Assembly (NCBI GenBank): GCA_036172245.1
Contig: JAYWIR010000019.1
Span: 2,356,001 to 2,420,000, forward strand
DNA length: 64,000 bases
Direction of reading: 5' to 3'
DNA from: Raillietiella orientalis
Lineage: Eukaryota
Made by a program: the position numbers and the translations under genes. Under the pieces are notes generated by a model that was not told where the DNA came from, did no database searches, and worked only from the letters and a program-made list of their open reading frames with translations. Shown piece after piece: positions 59,150-64,000 of this stretch (its first letter is position 1; every line of letters starts with the position of its first letter).

Positions 59150-60152
59150 TTAACCCTCGATGAACAGCCGTCAACTTTTTCCTTGACAAGATTGGTTCGA
59201 AAACTTCCATTCTGAATCCAAAGTGGGTTGATCGATAAAATGGAAAGTCACACACACACACAAAAAATTCTTCCCAGTCTCGACGCTGCTCAGCTATGAA
59301 CGGTGCTTCAGTGTAGCGGTGAAACTGATTCCGGAATCAATCATGGAAGTACAATTTTTATCCACCGGCGTTTCCCTCGCCAAGTCATAAACCGGGATCG
59401 CTATCGGAGGTCCCGGTTTATGGAATAGAGGGGACGTTGCACTAGCCGAAAAATGTTGTTGAAGTGTTCGTTTCGTCCAGAGGGACTGGTCAGCGATTAC
59501 CTTCCGTTTCATAAGGCACGGAATGGGAGGTACTTCCTCTCAAAAACAGGAAGAATCCCGTCAGGATGGCGGGCATACGAGCTCACATCGGAGAACCCAG
59601 GATGACAACTCCAGTGGCGGGAGCCTATGCGACTTCCTGAGATTTCGTCCTCGTGATCTCATCCGAGCATGCTGGAGGTGTCTCGTGGCTGTTGATGAGT
59701 CTTCAGCAGGGAGTATTGGTGTGTTCCAACACAAACACGTCACTATCCGATAAGCGGTGAACAATACAGCAGGAACATTCAGGCATTGTTTATTTCCTCG
59801 ATGATTCCGCTATCTGAAGTGCAAAACAGCAAAATCATCCAAGAAATGCACAATGAAACTGGAGGAAAGCTTTCTTTATGGAGCGAGGATGCACTGCTTT
59901 TCCGTAAGTGGAGGAGTTTGCAGATGAATTTATGGACGCTGGAAGCTCCCGAGCTCGACCCGACGTGTCTAAAAGTCCCTTTTTTCCAGTCAGGTTAGCA
60001 AATGCCTCGTGAAGACATGGAGCAGTTGGGGATGAGGCAGGCGCCAGGGATTTTTCTAAAGTATCGAAGGATTGGATCTTGAAAGTCAGTGGCAGCTGGA
60101 GCACCACTGGACTGAAGCACATCTAGAAAGGCGTCAGTCATGCGCAGTTGGA

Positions 60153-60315
60153 GGACATCTCTATTTATCAGAAGGGCACGAGATAAAAAGTTTACGTTTA
60201 CCGCATCAAGCAGGCCGTTGTGCAGTAGGGATTTGTGAATAGGGAATCTCAGTCAGGACCTTGAGACGCTGGATGAAGACAGTCAAAAATTTACTGGGTT
60301 GAAAAAGCCATTAAC
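60153..60315 (+). repeat. Copy 2 of ~165-bp diverged direct repeat
   Basis: Same motif order as 57615-57783, roughly 80% identity by eye. Confidence 0.85.
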
Positions 60316-60694
60316 GTATGTGTGTGTACAATGGGAAAGGAAGTGCCTTTGCTGCTGTTGATTGCTAGAGACTGGAGGAGAGGGTTCATGACCGTAGCGA
60401 CTGATGCAGAAGATTAGACCTAGTGAGATGATAGCACTCGGTTTTCCTGCGTATTCAGGGAAGAAAGATGAACGTCTGCTCTACATCAGGGTCCATCGGA
60501 CCAAGGATTCATCATTTCCCCTGTTTGCTTGGCATTCTCTGGACATTTGCGTCTCTGTTTGCTGGACATCTGCGTTTCGCACTTCTGACCGGACAGATGC
60601 TCCACACAAACGGGAGAAATTGGAGAGGGCATGCATCATTAAGATGCTAGTTCGTAATGCCTCCTATGAGAAATCTTACGCTGCAGTCCCTGTT

Positions 60695-61167
60695 GGATCA
60701 CAAGGAACAGGAAGCTCTGAAGAGAACATTCGAAATCTTTCCATGTGCTTGCAGTTGATTTGCCGTTTTCTCTTCGCAATGGATAGTGGTGGTGTTGCTG
60801 TTTCCCTTAAATGGTGCTACACTGTTCATCAGGTAGCAGACCTCAGCGTCGCACCGCCTTTTCTCAGAATGCTTTGATCGCGTTCCTCTCAAGCTGGACG
60901 CGGATCACGTCATCTTGTAGCCCCTTTCCACTCTTTGCTCTGCTCAGAAATGCACTGTTCTTCATTGCAGACCGGAAATGACGACCAACAAGTGGCTCTG
61001 GTATTTCCGGAAGTGATGCTAAGAGCCGAGATCTAATGAACACTGTAGTGCCATCTAAGGGAAACAGCAACACCACTATTCATTGCAAAGAGAGAACGGT
61101 AGATCAACTGCAAGCTCACGGAAAGAGTTCGGATGTTCTCGTCAGAGCTTCCTGTTCTTTATGGTCC
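60695..61167. repeat. Inverted repeat pair, arms 60695-60834 and 61031-61167
   Basis: About 19 substitutions and one 3-nt indel over ~137 bp. Visible in the ORF track as near-identical peptides on opposite strands (KGNSNTT..QLQAHGK..RASCSL). Confidence 0.9.
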
Positions 61168-61604
61168 TCCAGATTCTGGAAATCTCAGAACGAGTTGCTC
61201 GTGATCTGTTCCATTTGCAAAACTTTGGTATGGGATGGAGGAGTGTTCTGTTTCGATGCCTTTGGGGAATCGAGGCGTCCTACATTTTACTTCTTCCCGG
61301 AGCCACGTATTTTTGGTGCTCAACCAGGCGGTGAGTCGTTCGCCGATTTTCCCCTGTACTTGTGTTCATAGACAGGATATGCATGGAATGTGTCATGGGA
61401 AGCACAAGGGTCGTTTCCAAAGGTCTCTCCTTTAGAGTCACGGTCACTTTTCTCTGGTTAGATTTGGGATTCACAAGAAAACTGGTCTCCTAAACCCATC
61501 CCAAAGGACTTCCCTCTTAGCATGTGGCGAAGTTTATCGTCGGTGATCCAACCCTCGCTGTTTTCGCGCCGAAGTTTAAGCAAGAGGTTAAGTTTCCTGA
61601 TCCT

Positions 61605-61672
61605 GGAGGCTGACATTCTTTAAACGGGGGAGGCAGAGCACTCCCTTCCCCGTTTAAAGAATGTCAGTCTCC
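61605..61672. repeat. Near-perfect 25-bp stem hairpin (68 nt)
   Basis: GGAGGCTGACATTCTTTAAACGGGG ... CCCCGTTTAAAGAATGTCAGTCTCC; the single difference is a G-U pair on the + strand. Confidence 0.9.
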
Positions 61673-61879
61673 AAGGCCAGAAGAAAGTGTTACACAGCAC
61701 GATTGGCATAGCTGTCGCACACCGTTCCCCCAAGCGAAATAGTCCCCGCCTCACCTTCTGATTGCTTTAAAGGAGGTTAAGAGAAAAAGTGGCAACTGAC
61801 ATAAGGGAGACCTCAGGAAAAGGACTATCGGGTTGCTTTAGGTCGATGAAGATGCATCAGTTTGTCTCATCATTCACGT

Positions 61880-64000
61880 GAAGCATATGTTGTCCGTGGA
61901 GTCTGCGACGACGGCCACGAAGAAAACTCCGTGTCTCTCCCGTCTCAGAGGACCCCAAGGGAAATTTCGTGGTCGTCCACGCCGAATAGATGAATGGGCT
62001 CGTCTCATGAATCACAGAATAGGTCGTGGGAACCCAAACGCATCTCGTTTTGCCTCTGCATTTTCTGAGCAGATCTCTTCACATCGATCTGGCCTTGGCG
62101 TCGCTGGGGAAGGCGATCGCCAGTAGAAACCTTCCTTTCCTGTTTCCCTCTGACGTCATCACCAAGTCGAGAGGAAAGAGTCCACCTCTACTTTCCTCTC
62201 CCTACCCCTTCCACCTCCGCCAGTCCTGGTCCGCTTCCTGGCATTGGCCAAGAGGCCAGGGACGTCTTTCTACAGCGCTCGAGGATGTGAAAGGGGCAAC
62301 AAAGCCAAGCAGGCTGTCGCGCACAAGAAGTCTTGAGTGGTCTGGCTCCTTCATTGCTCGGATAGATTCCAGGATGTTTTTCGAAGAGGAAGCTTACATT
62401 CACGTCTGCACCTACTCTGCGTGGGGAATAGATGCCGAGGCTTCCTCCTCCCGCTTCTTGACAGAGGACACGAGGGGACCACTCACTTAATGCATTCCTC
62501 CAGAAGAAGGGCATCCGCTCCGAGCTGAGTAGGCGGAGGGTATGGGAAGACGTGCCCCCGCAACCGAGGGGGAGCGCAACGGACCGTCATCAAGAAGCGA
62601 GTGGGGGGCAAGTCAAACCAGGAAGTCCCCCTTCATGGTTTGCTGGGGAGCCACTGGAAGTAGAGGTCTCTCAGCAAGGAGGCGGTGAAAGAGAGGTTGC
62701 CGTTTCTGCGAAGGACGCGCCTCTAGGAAGGCTAAAGCTCCTTCCTCGACCTTCGGGTCCTCTGTCCCTGGAGGAACCACGCAAGGAAAGCCATTTGCAA
62801 CGGGAAGAGCATGCTGGAGGGGTGAGCCGGAGACATGGGTGGGGGAGTCGCGGATGCAGACGGGTCCCTAGCTTGCAGGGGGGGGGGCGCTGATCGACGC
62901 CCGACCACCTGCGCGCGCTCCCGTCCTGCGTTCCCCGTTACGGCGAGGACAAGCGGAAGGCTTGAGCTAGGCGCCTGGAGCCTTTCCTTGAGGAGGATGG
63001 CCGGGGAGAGATGCTGGATCGGGGAGCAGCTGCCGCGGGCTCGCCCCTGAGCAGAGGATGTCATCACGCGCCACCGGAAAGATTCCTTCGTATCTCTGCA
63101 CTAGGAGCTTTCCTTCCCAAACATGGAGAGCCGGAGGAGAAGGATCTATACGTCTCCGCGTGGCAGGGGGCTTTCCCTCGCCTTCCCGGTTACCTCTCCT
63201 CCTTCTTGGAGATCCCTGCGCAGCCCCATCTTCGAAACATGCGCGGGCGCCCGAAGAGGCACCATGCGAGCTTTCGAGGGAAGTTGCATCTCCTTGCGGA
63301 CTCCAGGTAGAGCTCCCTTCCCTTTCTTCTTTCCCCACCGCCTTCTTCTCCCGACTTCTCCGGATTCGAGGCCTCTCTAGGAAGCCGCGCGCAAAGGAGG
63401 AAGGGGAGCGAGCGATCGAGGGGGGGGGAGAGAAGGTGCACCTGACGGACAGGGAGCGCTCTTCCTTCCCCGCTCCTCGCAGCGCTCCCCTCCACGTGTT
63501 ATTTGGGAACACGGTCACCCAAGACCGAAGTGCTGGCCTTCGGGGGGGGGGGGAAGTCGCCTCCGGTCCGCTTTGGAGAGGCTGCTCTCGGTGAAGCTGC
63601 AGAGGCCGGCAACGGCGCGCACAGAATCAGAGGCGCCAGCGGCGTCGCCTCTGGGGAGGAAGTCGACGAGGACCCTTCCCTCCCTCTTCCTTAAGAGGCA
63701 GTGGCAATGAGAGGGAAGAAGGGGGCGAAAAGAGGAGGAGAGGAAAGAAGAGACTGCAGGAAGGCGAAGAATGGGAGAAGGAAGATAAAGGGAGGGAGGG
63801 AAGAAGAGAGAGAGAAGAGGAGAAAAGAAGGACAAAGTTTAGAGTCCCTTCAGCTCGGTGCGCACGCGCAGCGGAGGCGATCGAGGAAAAGAACGATTGT
63901 GCCCGAAGGGAGGCGAACGCCTGCCAATGTCCAGGGAAGCAGGAAGATCTCTTCCGCCCGCCAAGGAAGAAGGAAGAGAGAAGGAGGAAAAGAGGAACAG
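61880..64000. other. GC/CpG-rich block with G-runs and long polypurine tracts; no recognisable gene
   Basis: Visually ~60% GC versus ~30% in 1-56 kb. G runs at ~62878, ~63420 and ~63542; A/G-rich tracts at ~63705-63835 and 63963-64000. Overlapping ORFs in all frames lack known motifs. Confidence 0.6.

Noticed and set aside
59740..59830. hAT transposase-like CIVHRL motif on the minus strand
   Set aside because: Single short motif surrounded by stops; insufficient to call.
62026..63835. Many overlapping 100-180 aa ORFs on both strands
   Set aside because: Expected from high GC content; low-complexity R/G/S/P translations with no recognisable domain.

Overview
Eukaryotic (animal, very probably arthropod) genomic DNA. 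About 1-56 kb is AT-rich and gene-dense, with mostly 42-60 nt introns and a few kb-sized ones. Eleven protein-coding genes could be assembled by hand from the ORF fragments and splice signals: an intronless BDBT/FKBPL-like FKBP-TPR gene (-), an RDH11/12-like short-chain dehydrogenase (-), PACS (+), FAM50/XAP5 (-), Rsf1-like RRM protein (+), ZW10 (-), ZFPL1 (+), ZIP9/SLC39A9 (+), YY1/pho (-), LRRC57 (+) and PPP2R3C (+). From about 57 kb the sequence becomes progressively GC- and CpG-rich, has no recognisable gene, and carries several inverted repeats, a direct repeat and a near-perfect hairpin. Most notable: the last exon of the dehydrogenase, which is missing from the ORF track, overlaps the start of the FKBP-TPR ORF on the same strand in another frame, suggesting a dicistronic mRNA. 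Also notable are a ~390-bp, ~96% identical inverted repeat between divergent genes, a cluster of YY1-binding motifs inside the YY1 gene, three tightly convergent gene pairs with overlapping 3' ends, and stop-in-donor alternative splicing of Rsf1. Gene identities come from recalled family motifs; no database search was run. Percent identities and GC contents are manual estimates.
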